DNA of 64,000 bases, from the NCBI GenBank assembly GCA_965218425.1, contig OZ244621.1, positions 480,001 to 544,000 on the forward strand, given 5' to 3'. Shown piece by piece: positions 30,755-40,345 of this stretch. Made by a program: the position numbers and the translations under genes. The number at the start of each line of letters is the position of its first letter. The stretch's first letter is position 1. The notes beneath the pieces were generated by a model. That model saw nothing but the letters and a program-made list of their open reading frames with translations, did not search any database and was not told where the DNA came from. This DNA comes from an uncultured Candidatus Binatia bacterium. GTDB lineage: Bacteria; Desulfobacterota; Binatia; UBA9968; CAXXLF01.

Positions 30755-30909
30755 CTAAATAGTTTTGCTCAAAAGCCTCACCGGCAGAGCATTCTCGTCT
30801 TCGGCTACATTACGATCCGTGAAAGGAACCTTATTATGGAAAGAAACTCTTTCACCACGTTACAGGAAGCTCAGCCAGTCGCCGTATATACCGTAACTTC
30901 TTTTTCCAT
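30755..30909 (-). pseudogene. Glutaredoxin/NrdH-like UxxC selenoprotein remnant
   Basis: MEKEVTVYTATG-TGA-ASCNVVKEFLS; after a 1-nt shift HNKVPFTDRNVAEDENAL; the C-terminal half appears deleted. TGA at 30871-30873. Confidence 0.75.
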
Positions 30910-30955
30910 CACTAGCTTCTGATTTTATACTCCAGCAGAGCAATATCCAAAATAA

Positions 30956-31162
30956 TCAGGCCTCTTTCCTGCTTTTTGACCATCCATATAACGCCAGAAC
31001 CAAAAAGGCCGCCAGTACGGGGAACAGAACGAAATCAAGATATGGGTTAAGCGCTGCCAGTCCGAGCAGGCTTAGCCCAAAAACGAGAATCGGTGTGAAG
31101 CAACAAACTGCCGCAATGATCGAACCCCAAAGACCTGTCTTGAAACACTTACTTGCATCCAT
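30956..31162 (-). CDS. merF: Mercury transport protein MerF
   Basis: GSIIAAVCCFTPILV...YLDFVLFP two-helix signature. Confidence 0.9.
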   Translation of the reverse strand: MDASKCFKTGLWGSIIAAVCCFTPILVFGLSLLGLAALNPYLDFVLFPVLAAFLVLALYGWSKSRKEA

Positions 31163-31226
31163 GACACATTCTCGCTGGTTAATTGCCGTTGGCAGAGCAC
31201 CTCGCGATCAGATGTGTGTCAGAAGA

Positions 31227-31547
31227 TCAAAAATTTCCATGAACGTAAAAAACCCAAGTCATCGTTAAAGCAGTGGAAACCCACAGGGCGATGGTCGTCA
31301 TCCACCGTGCCCTTTTCCGAATCCCGCCCCAATAAATATAATGGGACCGAGCGACCAGGACAACGGCCAATAGAAAGAACACGCCCCGAAACGGCGCAAA
31401 CCAATCACGAAACGCCGCCAGACCGGCGGCTAGGCTAGTGCCTCCGCCCAACAGGGCGTAGGCCAGCGCTGCGATTCATCACCAACTCCCAGCAAGTGCG
31501 CTCAACACAGAACCTATTGACGCTCTAGTCGGAGATTTTCCTTCCAT
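31227..31547 (-). CDS. MerT-like mercury transporter, predicted tandem Sec23-Sec24 (106 aa)
   Basis: MEGKSPTRASIGSVLSALAGSW-TGA-TGA-IAALAYALLGGG...FAPFRGVFFLLAVVL... parallels the MerT pattern ASACCxxPL...EPYRPIF. TGATGA at 31476-31481; adjacent to merF. Confidence 0.8.
31440..31463 (-). promoter_or_regulatory. Candidate SECIS hairpin of the MerT-like gene
   Basis: GCCUaCGCCC-UGUU-GGGCGgAGGC starting 13 nt after the second UGA; GU in the apical loop at +24/+25. Confidence 0.65.
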
Positions 31548-31634
31548 AACACCTGCCTTTCTCTAACCAATAATTTCTAAATGCCTTCTCGGCAATTTCA
31601 TTGTTGTAAAAAACTTCAAGACGCTCACTTTGTC

Positions 31635-32558
31635 CTACACCTTGCTTGGAATTTCTTTAGGTGGATGTGATCGGACGGACTCTTCCTCGCGCGTAAACAT
31701 CCGGGCCACCAGGACGAGGATCGGAATCAGATACATGTGACCGCTCACCCACATGATCCCCCCTCCCAGCGCCTGGTCATTGATGGGACTCAGGTCCATG
31801 AGCCGGGGCATCGCTTCGTAGAAAGGATAGAGGACCTTTTCCGGCAAGGAAATCACCATACCCAGCACCGTATTCTGAAGGGTGGCTGCCACAAGATACA
31901 TGATTCGAAACCCGTAGGGAATTTCACCGTGTAGTCTTGGCGCCGGGTTCACCACCGGCCACCAGAATACAAGGGAAGTGGAGAAAAACATAAGGTGTTC
32001 GACATCATGGGCCCACCCGCTGCGCAGGGCCAATTGGTAAAGGAAAGGATGATGCCACGCCCACAGGCTGACAACATAGACAGTCCAGGCCACGGGCAGT
32101 AGGGTCAGGGTCCAAAGCAGGCGGCGGAAGGGAGACACGGGATTTAACAAACGGCAAAATGGTTTTCGCCACTTCACTGGAAGGCCCCACAAAAAACCCG
32201 GCAACGGGTTGGCCAAAAGGAAAAACAAAGGCGCAATCATCAGCAACAGCAGATGTTGAACCATATGCATACTGAGATTTGACCCCGACAGTGCGTCGAT
32301 AGGAGATAATAGAGCTAAAATGAGCGCCCCTAAGCCAAGCCAATAAAGGGAGATCTGCCAATGGGATACGGCGCGAGATGTACGCCGCCGGAGCTTTAGC
32401 CAACCGCGGGTGTAGACTGCGGCAAAAAGAGCCAGGACAAAAAGAATATCCGGACGCCAATGCCAGTCTGCAGTGGGATTGGCCTCGGACGGGATATGAG
32501 CATGGCCATGCCCCCCGAAGACCAACAGGACAAGAATCGAAAGGATTAATGCAGTCAT
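31635..32558 (-). CDS. Cytochrome c oxidase assembly factor, caa3-type CtaG family
   Basis: LLSPID, HMVQHLLL, WAWHHP.LY, EHLMF, DQALGGGIMW; ATGA overlap with the upstream gene. Confidence 0.88.
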   Translation of the reverse strand: MTALILSILVLLVFGGHGHAHIPSEANPTADWHWRPDILFVLALFAAVYTRGWLKLRRRTSRAVSHWQISLYWLGLGALILALLSPIDALSGSNLSMHMVQHLLLLMIAPLFFLLANPLPGFLWGLPVKWRKPFCRLLNPVSPFRRLLWTLTLLPVAWTVYVVSLWAWHHPFLYQLALRSGWAHDVEHLMFFSTSLVFWWPVVNPAPRLHGEIPYGFRIMYLVAATLQNTVLGMVISLPEKVLYPFYEAMPRLMDLSPINDQALGGGIMWVSGHMYLIPILVLVARMFTREEESVRSHPPKEIPSKV

Positions 32559-32929
32559 CCTAGCGCCCATAGGGCGATGATCCATGCGGGTAAGAATGCA
32601 ACAACTCCAAGTAGCCAGAGGGTTGTTGAGCCGCCTCTATTATCCTTGGCCAAAAGGCGCCTGTTCAAAACATCGGTAAAGATCACCCCAAGTAGGGCAG
32701 CCGCCGAAGTGATAAGGACTGATCGGGGTAAAGGAGTGTCGATGACCTCGGCCGGCGTATTGCCCAGCAGGGACAAAACAGCCATCAGCCAGGCGGGAGC
32801 CAGAGCTGCTAACCCCAGGAGCCAGGCATACTCCACCACTTGGAAATTTCCCCTTCTGCTATGAAAAACAAGGGTACCCGCAGTGGCAATGACGCCGATG
32901 AACCCCACCACCACGGACAAATAAATCAT
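32555..32929 (-). CDS. Hypothetical membrane protein (about four TM helices)
   Basis: Hydrophobic ORF translationally coupled to the CtaG-like gene. Confidence 0.6.
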   Translation of the reverse strand: MIYLSVVVGFIGVIATAGTLVFHSRRGNFQVVEYAWLLGLAALAPAWLMAVLSLLGNTPAEVIDTPLPRSVLITSAAALLGVIFTDVLNRRLLAKDNRGGSTTLWLLGVVAFLPAWIIALWALG

Positions 32930-33585
32930 TTAATACGACCTCTCAGTCTTTATCTCTAGATAATAAGAAACTACTCCAGAGAAGCAACGATGTCCATGAC
33001 CCGGTAGGCGATGGGCAAAACAGAGTGGCCTTTGTCGTGAAAAATTTTCAGTTGTTGACCCGCACGCCTGCGCGTATAATTGAATTTTGATGATAACGAG
33101 GTTTTGGCCTGTTCTATTAGCGGTATTCCTTTTCACCTGCTTAGCCTTCTCCCCCTTGGGTTGGGGTCAAGAGCGCGAGCATTTCCAGATCATTACTGGA
33201 TTTTCGTACCTCGAGGCACTGGTAGCACCGCCCAAACCGCATACATGCCCTTTACGTTCCGATATCTAACGGCAGTCCAGACTTCGCAGCGGGCTTCGCG
33301 TTGTCGAAGCGCTTCGGTAAATTCTAGGGCTTTCCAGACACATCAACCGACAATCCTTTTCCGTCGCAATTCTAATCTGTAGTCAATATTTGAGACATTT
33401 CGTGGCATATCACCTTCGCTCCTTTCACGAATAGTCGCCTCTCCCCTACTTCACGCCTTCCCGCGTGTGAATTTGTCCCGTAATGACCATGACTTGCTTT
33501 CCATCGGCGTCCTCTCGCCCAGTCGGCACCACTCCTGCACAAACAGGGCCGGTCAGTGAGAACAGCAACCCAGGAAGGCAGCAAA

Positions 33586-33960
33586 ATGAAGGCTTCGACA
33601 TTTAAAAGCAATTTAATTGTAACGACTTTGACCCTCCTCTTTTTGTTGGGACCGGGGACAGGCAAGGCCCAAGGCGACGTCAAAATCCGCGGAGAGAATC
33701 TCCCTCCTGACGTCTTGCAGATGGTGGACTCCCATTTACAGGATCCCAACAAAGACGTCGATGGAATCCAGTTCCGCGACCTAAATGCAGAGCGGGCCCT
33801 GGACTGCGGCCGAGACTGGGAACAGAAGATTCACAGCCGGATTGAACGTGAAAAACACGAGCGATTCGGGGGCGGGAATAATCGCGGGCGAGGCAGTGAT
33901 CGAATCGGTGCCTTGCGTGAGCGGGCTGAAAGATTCGTCCGTGAGAAAGTGGATCGTTAA
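33586..33960 (+). CDS. Hypothetical exported protein, possibly truncated
   Basis: Signal-peptide-like N-terminus; weak sigma-54-like CGGCACCACTCCTGCA at 33524-33539. Confidence 0.4.
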   Translation: MKASTFKSNLIVTTLTLLFLLGPGTGKAQGDVKIRGENLPPDVLQMVDSHLQDPNKDVDGIQFRDLNAERALDCGRDWEQKIHSRIEREKHERFGGGNNRGRGSDRIGALRERAERFVREKVDR

Positions 33961-34016
33961 GGAGAGGGGATAAAGACTTCTTCTGAACCAGGTACAAGAA
34001 TGACCGTCTGGCGCTT

Positions 34017-34727
34017 TTATTTAACTCTTATCCTAGATCTTCTAAACCAGAAAAGCGATACGCCAATCAATAAAACCAATGTCCCAATGCCAAAGTAAAC
34101 CATCCGTCCGTGACGGTCATTGCCGTATCCAACGGTATTTGCCGCAGCCATCACGGGTTGATGAAATGACGAATCATCCTTAAGGAGTGAACTGATTAGC
34201 TCACGAGTCTCCGGTTTGTACCAATCCTTGTAGCCCATGCTCCTAGCCAGAAGATTTCCATTGCGACCGATGAGGTAGGTCACAGGCAGCCCGTGAACGC
34301 CGTATTCGCGAGCAATCTCCCCTTTTTTATCCATCAGCACCGGAAAGGTAAATTCGTTTTCCGTAAGAAACGACGTGATGGGCTTTTCCCGCTCCATAAA
34401 ATTGATGGCCACCACTTCCAGACCTTGTCCTTTAAACTCCTGGTACAGCCTCTCCATGGAGGGCATCTCCAAGCGGCACGGAGGGCACCAAGTGGCCCAG
34501 AAGTTGAGCACCACCAGCTTACCCTTAAGATCATCGATTCCCATCTTCTTACCCCCAGGGGTCACAGATGAGAAACGAGGAGCCGGTCCCGGGTGGTCAA
34601 CGGGAGCGAGTCTTAAATTGCGCAAAGTCTTTTGCTCTTGCCCCTGAGCTGCCAAAGAGACAAGCAAAAAGCAAGCTACAGCGGCAAAAACAACCGCTAA
34701 TGTGGTTTTCATCACCCCAGGGGACAT
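34017..34727 (-). CDS. TlpA/ResA-family thiol-disulfide reductase
   Basis: LNFWATWCPPC, GLPVTYLI; signal peptide and C-terminal TM helix. Confidence 0.9.
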   Translation of the reverse strand: MSPGVMKTTLAVVFAAVACFLLVSLAAQGQEQKTLRNLRLAPVDHPGPAPRFSSVTPGGKKMGIDDLKGKLVVLNFWATWCPPCRLEMPSMERLYQEFKGQGLEVVAINFMEREKPITSFLTENEFTFPVLMDKKGEIAREYGVHGLPVTYLIGRNGNLLARSMGYKDWYKPETRELISSLLKDDSSFHQPVMAAANTVGYGNDRHGRMVYFGIGTLVLLIGVSLFWFRRSRIRVK

Positions 34728-35551
34728 CTTATGAGCTTAGCATATCAATCCGCAATATGCCTTGTTAACAACGTCTCTTATGGCTTAACCCCGTTGATTG
34801 CCTGCTTGTTCCCAACAATCCACCGACAAACCCTGTCTCCAAATCCTGTCTCCGTGCTTGAAATTTGGGTGGCAACGACGCCTTTATAGAAAAAGCAGTT
34901 CGCCAACAGCATGAGCCCATTCCTAAACGGACACTTTCTACGTCTAACCAATCATCAACCTTTCACGTGAGGGCCAATAGTCCAATCTCAATTTTTCACC
35001 CCACGGCAGTCTCCCCGGACTAACAATATGTACATTTTCTGGCATTTACCCTAGGAATCAGCTGCAATAATCAGCTCCTGGGGCCTCCTAAAATACACCC
35101 AATTCCCGGCATGATTCTGGCGTTTTATCAGGGGGGTCGCCCGTTAGAGCCCTGATCCTGGGGAGCATGGGAGACCCTCAAGGAATAGATTCAAACAGGC
35201 CGTATTGACCATCCTTTTGCTGGTTTCGCTTCTCTGCACGTCGGGCCGCGTCGCACCGCTCTTGTTGGGTGTCGGGGGCGCCATGGCTACCTCACCAAGA
35301 AGGGTGAAGGAGAGGATCGCAAGAGCGGTTCGTCCATAGAAGAAGTCCATCACAAGCATGCATCGGTAGTTACAAGTGGAAGGGGTGGGCAATTGGCCTT
35401 TGAAACGGGAGGGAGATCGCAATGAAAAAAATAGCTCTTCCCATAGCAATTTGTTTCACACTGTCAGCAGGATGCGCACAGCCCGAGGAATTGCCCGGAT
35501 ACAGAAAACCTCGCAAGAGGAATCAAGAGATCCATTTCCGAATAACCTCTT

Positions 35552-36727
35552 TTAGTTTTGTATTCCCTTCTTTATTAAAAAATACAACTTCCCCGTACTC
35601 TTCATATATCCCGCAGCGGCAGCGGCTTGCGGTCCGGCGCCGAAGAAAAGATCAACACGTTTTTTCCCACGAATGGCGCTACCCGTATCCTGATTGAGAA
35701 CAAACCGGCTAAAGGGCTCCCAACCGATTAACTTCCCATTTGAATTCAGAATCGGCCTCCGTGTAACTATAAAGGCAAGAGCACCTTTGGGGAAAAGTCG
35801 CCTGTCGGTGGCAATGGACCGACCTGCCGTCAAGGGAACACCGAGATTTCCTATGGGACCCTTTTCCACAATGCGAAAAAAGATATACCTTTCGTTCTTG
35901 GCAAAAATTTGATCTCGTTGCTCAGGGTGATCTCCCAGGTACCGGCGCAGGCTCTGCATGGAAATCTCTTCCTCCCGAATCCTTTTTTGATCCATCAGCA
36001 CCTTTCCAATACTCGTGTAAGGCAGGCCATTGGAAGCCGCATAGTTCAATTGTAGAACTCGTCCATCCTGCAATCGAAGGAGCCCCGATCCTTGAATGTG
36101 AAGAAAAAAGAGATCCACGGGATCCTTGGCCCAAGCAATCTCATATCCCTTTCCCTTTAGGAGCCCCACCTCGTCGATCTCGCGGCGGGAGAAGTAGGGC
36201 ACAAAACGATTTCCTTTAACCCGGCCCACAATGTTTCTTCTCTGGAGTTCGGGCGTGAAACGACCAATGTCCGCATCTAAAAGATCGCCAGGTCTTCCAT
36301 AAATCGGGAACCGGAAGATAGACGACTCCTCCAGGCTCCCCTCGATCACCGGCTGATAGTATCCAGTGAAGAGCACCTTATCCCCTGGACGTTTCACGGC
36401 TTTATAAATGTCAAATTGAGAGTGGACGGCTGCCATCAAACTCTCCTGTGTATCCAGACGATCCAACAGCTCCAGGAATGCGATCAGAGACTCCTTCACC
36501 CCCTGTGCGGTAAACGTTCGGGGCCACTCCCCTACTTTTCGATCAGCAGGAACCGCATCTAGATATTTAAGGCTATTGTGGATAGCGCGACGTATGGACT
36601 GGCGATCCAGGTCGTCGGTCAGCGCAAGACGCTCCACTGCGCCTCTTGAACCCACCGCCGGACAGGAAGAAAGAAACAGGAAAGCCAGCATCGGGACAAT
36701 GGTGAAGCGAGTATGCGAGAAGATCAT
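35552..36727 (-). CDS. mltA: Membrane-bound lytic murein transglycosylase A
   Basis: FTGYYQP, FFLHIQGSG, SIATD, QDTGSAIRG..RVDLFFG; lipobox LSSC; start uncertain. Confidence 0.9.
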   Translation of the reverse strand: MIFSHTRFTIVPMLAFLFLSSCPAVGSRGAVERLALTDDLDRQSIRRAIHNSLKYLDAVPADRKVGEWPRTFTAQGVKESLIAFLELLDRLDTQESLMAAVHSQFDIYKAVKRPGDKVLFTGYYQPVIEGSLEESSIFRFPIYGRPGDLLDADIGRFTPELQRRNIVGRVKGNRFVPYFSRREIDEVGLLKGKGYEIAWAKDPVDLFFLHIQGSGLLRLQDGRVLQLNYAASNGLPYTSIGKVLMDQKRIREEEISMQSLRRYLGDHPEQRDQIFAKNERYIFFRIVEKGPIGNLGVPLTAGRSIATDRRLFPKGALAFIVTRRPILNSNGKLIGWEPFSRFVLNQDTGSAIRGKKRVDLFFGAGPQAAAAAGYMKSTGKLYFLIKKGIQN

Positions 36728-36879
36728 GATCCGTGTTTTTCTCGATGCATTCTTTGTGGTGAGTTTATTCCTACACAAAATTCCACCATTTGAAAAGTAA
36801 AAATAGTTCTTCACATGTGCAATGAAAAAGGGGTAGACTTCAATCCCGCGCCTCCCGTAAAGGGAATCCAGCCGATTCC

Positions 36880-37005
36880 ATGAACGGCCTCAGTTTCCTA
36901 GACTACATCATTGTATTCATTTATCCCCTTGGGATTATCACCACGGGGGTCTGGATCGCACGCAAAGTTAAAACCTTCACATCCTCACCATTGAGGAGCT
37001 TTTAA
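36880..37005 (+). pseudogene. Sodium:solute symporter N-terminal remnant
   Basis: MNGLSFLDYIIVFIYPLGIITTGVWIARKVKT followed by a stop. Confidence 0.5.
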
Positions 37006-37065
37006 TCGTTATATTCCGTAGCAATTGTCAATTTTCTCGGAATCCAATAACCTCATTTTAAAAAT

Positions 37066-37482
37066 ATGAAGCTCCTCTGTTTTCAAGCCAAGCGATTTTG
37101 GTGGAAGACATACTCAAAAAGCCTTTCTCCGGTCCAGGATCAGGACATGGAAGAAGAGGTACAGGAGGGGCTGATCGTTTTTTTTCATGTTGAACCAGCG
37201 GATCAAGAAGAGTCAAGGAGAGGGTCGGTTCTTCGCCAGAGCTTAAAGCATATCAAGTGGTTGGCAAACAAGAGGAAGATTAAAAACATAGTGCTCCACT
37301 CGTTTGCCCATCTTGGCGGCAAGGACGCCTCGCCCCCGTTTGCTCAGGCATTAATCGACGAACTTGCCGAGCGACTGCGCGACACTGACTATCATGTGCA
37401 GATCACCCCATTTGGATACTTCTGCGAATGGGATCTCAGCGTTTACGGCGACAGCCTTGCCAAGGTATGGAAGGAAATTTGA
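37066..37482 (+). CDS. Stand-alone archaeal-type threonyl-tRNA synthetase editing domain protein
   Basis: VFFHVE, IVLHSFAHL, TPFGY, G.SLAKV.KEI match the archaeal ThrRS N-terminal editing domain pattern. Confidence 0.8.
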   Translation: MKLLCFQAKRFWWKTYSKSLSPVQDQDMEEEVQEGLIVFFHVEPADQEESRRGSVLRQSLKHIKWLANKRKIKNIVLHSFAHLGGKDASPPFAQALIDELAERLRDTDYHVQITPFGYFCEWDLSVYGDSLAKVWKEI

Positions 37483-37577
37483 CGAATCTTTACAGAGCGT
37501 GCCCCAGTAGGTAAAGTCCCAGGGGGCTATTTGCGCTACGGAACCAAAGCACGAATGAACCATGGAGGATCAAGAAC

Positions 37578-38675
37578 ATGATCTTTTTAACCAATGATCA
37601 CATCCAGGAAGTCCTGGACATGCGGGCATGTATCGAGGCCGTAGAGGAAGCGTACAGGGAGCTGGCAGAGGGAAAGGCCTCGTACCGACCGAGGATCGAT
37701 TTCTATGTTCCTCAGGAACCGCATTACTATAGATGGGGTACCATGGAAGGGGCTTCACGCAGTCTCGGAGTTTTTGCCATCAGGATGAAATCGGACATGC
37801 TGGTATGGAACCAGGAAGGCGAATTCAAAACCGAGGAAAAATACTGTATCGAGCCAGGCACCTACTGCGGACTGATTTTTCTCACCAGCGTGCGCAACGG
37901 CGAGCCGTTGGCCCTGATGAACGACGGGATCCTCCAGCACCTGCGGGTGGGCGCATGCGCGGGCCTCGGGGCCAAATACCTCGCCCGGAAGAACTCCAAG
38001 GTGTTGGGCATGCTTGGCTCCGGCGGTATGGCTCGTACCTATGCCGATGCCATTCGACAGGTTCGCCCCATCGAGCGGATGAAGGTTTTCAGCCCCACAA
38101 AGGCCAACCGGGAGAGATACGCCGAAGAGATGACCCAGCAACTGGACATCGAAGTTCAGGTAGTGGACTCACCGGAGCAGGCCGTTAAGGGAACTGATAT
38201 AGTAGCGCTGGCCACGGACTCTCTCATCCCGGTCATGAAGCCCGAATGGGTTGAACCGGGCATGCATGTCACCAACGTGCGGTCAAATGAAGCAGGCCCC
38301 GATTTGTTGGCAAAGATGGATGTGATCGGACGTCTCGGAACGGCCACCATGATGTTCGATCAACCCCCTCCAGGCACCGTTCAGGGTAGTGACGGCATGT
38401 TCGCCTATTGTGCAGGCACAACGGAAGAAAAAAAACGGATTCCCACCGCCCCCCACCGCAGCATCGACAATCCCAAGGTGGGTACCCTGCCGGACCTAAT
38501 GGCGCGGCGTTGGGGCGGACGAACCAGTGATCAACAGATAACTTTCTTAAACAATCAGGGCACCCAGGGCCTCCAATTCGCCGCCGTTGGCGCAAGGGCC
38601 TATGAGCTTGCCACCACCAAAGGACTGGGACACCCGCTCCCCTCAGAGTGGTTCTTACAAAATATCCGCGATTAA
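37578..38675 (+). CDS. Ornithine cyclodeaminase/mu-crystallin family protein
   Basis: GEPLALM, RVGA..GLGAKYLAR, LGSGGMA, PGMHV, GLQFAAVG. Confidence 0.88.
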   Translation: MIFLTNDHIQEVLDMRACIEAVEEAYRELAEGKASYRPRIDFYVPQEPHYYRWGTMEGASRSLGVFAIRMKSDMLVWNQEGEFKTEEKYCIEPGTYCGLIFLTSVRNGEPLALMNDGILQHLRVGACAGLGAKYLARKNSKVLGMLGSGGMARTYADAIRQVRPIERMKVFSPTKANRERYAEEMTQQLDIEVQVVDSPEQAVKGTDIVALATDSLIPVMKPEWVEPGMHVTNVRSNEAGPDLLAKMDVIGRLGTATMMFDQPPPGTVQGSDGMFAYCAGTTEEKKRIPTAPHRSIDNPKVGTLPDLMARRWGGRTSDQQITFLNNQGTQGLQFAAVGARAYELATTKGLGHPLPSEWFLQNIRD

Positions 38676-38714
38676 CTGTCCCTTCGCTACAAGCGGCTCC
38701 CGGAGGTGTAAATT

Positions 38715-39124
38715 ATGCTTAATTTTTTCAGCGCCGTACCTCTCGATACGTTGGGGCGCTTCTCCTGGTGCTACCTTTGGAGTCAGTCCTGGGCGATCAA
38801 ACAACCAACGAGATTGTGGCCGGATCGCCCATCCCAATACCCTCAGAAATGACCCCATCAACCGACCAGGGCATGGAGTTCATGGTTCCCGGATTCAAGG
38901 GCGGCCAGGTGGTCTATCAAGGCAAGGTGGAACCCAGGCAGGTGATCCGTTTTTATCAGAAAAATATGCCCCTCAATGGATGGCATCCCTATGCCAGCCT
39001 GGTAACGGGCGGCGGGCTTTTGGTTTTCACCAAGTCCAACAAAAGCATCCTCATCATGGTAAGTGAAAGCAACGGCAATACCACTCTTGCCATCCTGGCC
39101 GGTGTCATGCCCCCCGGTCCATAG
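38715..39124 (+). pseudogene. Hypothetical exported protein with apparent frameshift in a T-run near the start
   Basis: GGAGG and ATG at 38715 are out of frame with the 38768-39124 ORF; one extra T in aattttttca restores a signal-peptide-like N-terminus. Confidence 0.45.
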
Positions 39125-39140
39125 ATATCAATAGTGTGAA

Positions 39141-40205
39141 ATGCTCCCCGGTTCTAAGACACGACAAATCCGCCGCAGTCTCCTGCGCTGGTATGAAAAG
39201 AGCCGCCGGGATCTCCCCTGGCGTCACACATCTGATCCCTACGCCATCTGGATTGCCGAGACCATGCTTCAACAGACCCAGGTCAAAACAGTCCTGCAAT
39301 ACTACCGCCGTTTTCTAGCAGCCTTCCCTAACCTGAAGTCCTTGGACCGTGCGCGCAGAGACAAGGTCCTGGCTCTGTGGTCCGGCCTGGGCTACTACCG
39401 TCGAGCGGAAAATCTAAAAGAAGCAGCTCGAATCTTAGCGAGGCAATATGGGGGCAAACTTCCTCCCAACCATGAGGTCTTGCTTCGACTGCCCGGAGTC
39501 GGCTCTTACACCGCAGGGGCCCTCATGAGTATTGCCTTCAAACAGAGCTACCCCGCCCTTGACGGCAACACAAAACGGGTGATCTCGCGACTCGTAGGCT
39601 TGAGGACGGAATCCCAGACTTTGGAGACGGCACACCAATTGGTTCCTCGCTCCGAGCCCGGTCAATTCAACCAGGCGCTTATGGACCTGGGTTCGGGGAT
39701 CTGTCATCCCAAGAATCCTAACTGCTCCCATTGCCCTCTGTCTAACTATTGTGTTGCCAAAACCTCGGGGCGATCCCTTTCCAGACTGCGCCCCAAGCCC
39801 CACACATCAACTAACCTAGAGTGGCCCATGATCATCATTCACAAGGACGGAAAAATTCTCCTTCATCGTAGGAGCCGGGACGGACTGCTCAGAGGGATCT
39901 GGGAATTACCGGGCGGACAAAGGAGCGGAAAGGAGAATGTCATGGCGACAATGATTCGCCATCTCAGGTGTCTGGATGGGAACACACATGGGATCTTAAA
40001 AATAGGAGAGGTGCGTCACAACATTACGCGCTACAAAATAAGATCACCAATTTTCTTGTACTCCCAACCCAAATTTCCTAGTTCTCGTGAATCCAGCTGG
40101 CGTTGGATACCCCTTGCTTCACTGCACCGCTATCCCCTCTCTTCCCTGAGCCTCAAAGCGGTACGACTCTACGCCGAGCGTAGTGAAATCCCCATTCAGG
40201 GTTAA
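39141..40205 (+). CDS. mutY: A/G-specific adenine glycosylase
   Basis: RDLPWR, ETMLQQT, GLGYYRRA, LPGVGSYTA, C-x6-C-x2-C-x5-C Fe-S motif. Confidence 0.95.
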   Translation: MLPGSKTRQIRRSLLRWYEKSRRDLPWRHTSDPYAIWIAETMLQQTQVKTVLQYYRRFLAAFPNLKSLDRARRDKVLALWSGLGYYRRAENLKEAARILARQYGGKLPPNHEVLLRLPGVGSYTAGALMSIAFKQSYPALDGNTKRVISRLVGLRTESQTLETAHQLVPRSEPGQFNQALMDLGSGICHPKNPNCSHCPLSNYCVAKTSGRSLSRLRPKPHTSTNLEWPMIIIHKDGKILLHRRSRDGLLRGIWELPGGQRSGKENVMATMIRHLRCLDGNTHGILKIGEVRHNITRYKIRSPIFLYSQPKFPSSRESSWRWIPLASLHRYPLSSLSLKAVRLYAERSEIPIQG

Positions 40206-40345
40206 TTACCATACGCTTACTTATCTCACTCCTAGGGCATCTCTACTTTGGAAGGTGAGGGTTAAATGCATGTTCCCAGGGAACTTTTCGAGTTTTTGAT
40301 TGGTTATGTAAGTTGGGGACGTATCCAAACGGAAGGACCTTGAAA

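Noticed and set aside
20583..31481. Genome-wide UGA reassignment to Trp or Gly as the explanation for the in-frame TGAs
   Set aside because: TGA terminates many genes normally, Trp is encoded by TGG, and the internal TGAs I found fall only at Cys positions.
35160..35697. Lipoprotein-like ORF pieces downstream of mltA
   Set aside because: They overlap the mltA 3' end and break up quickly; probably remnants I cannot assign.
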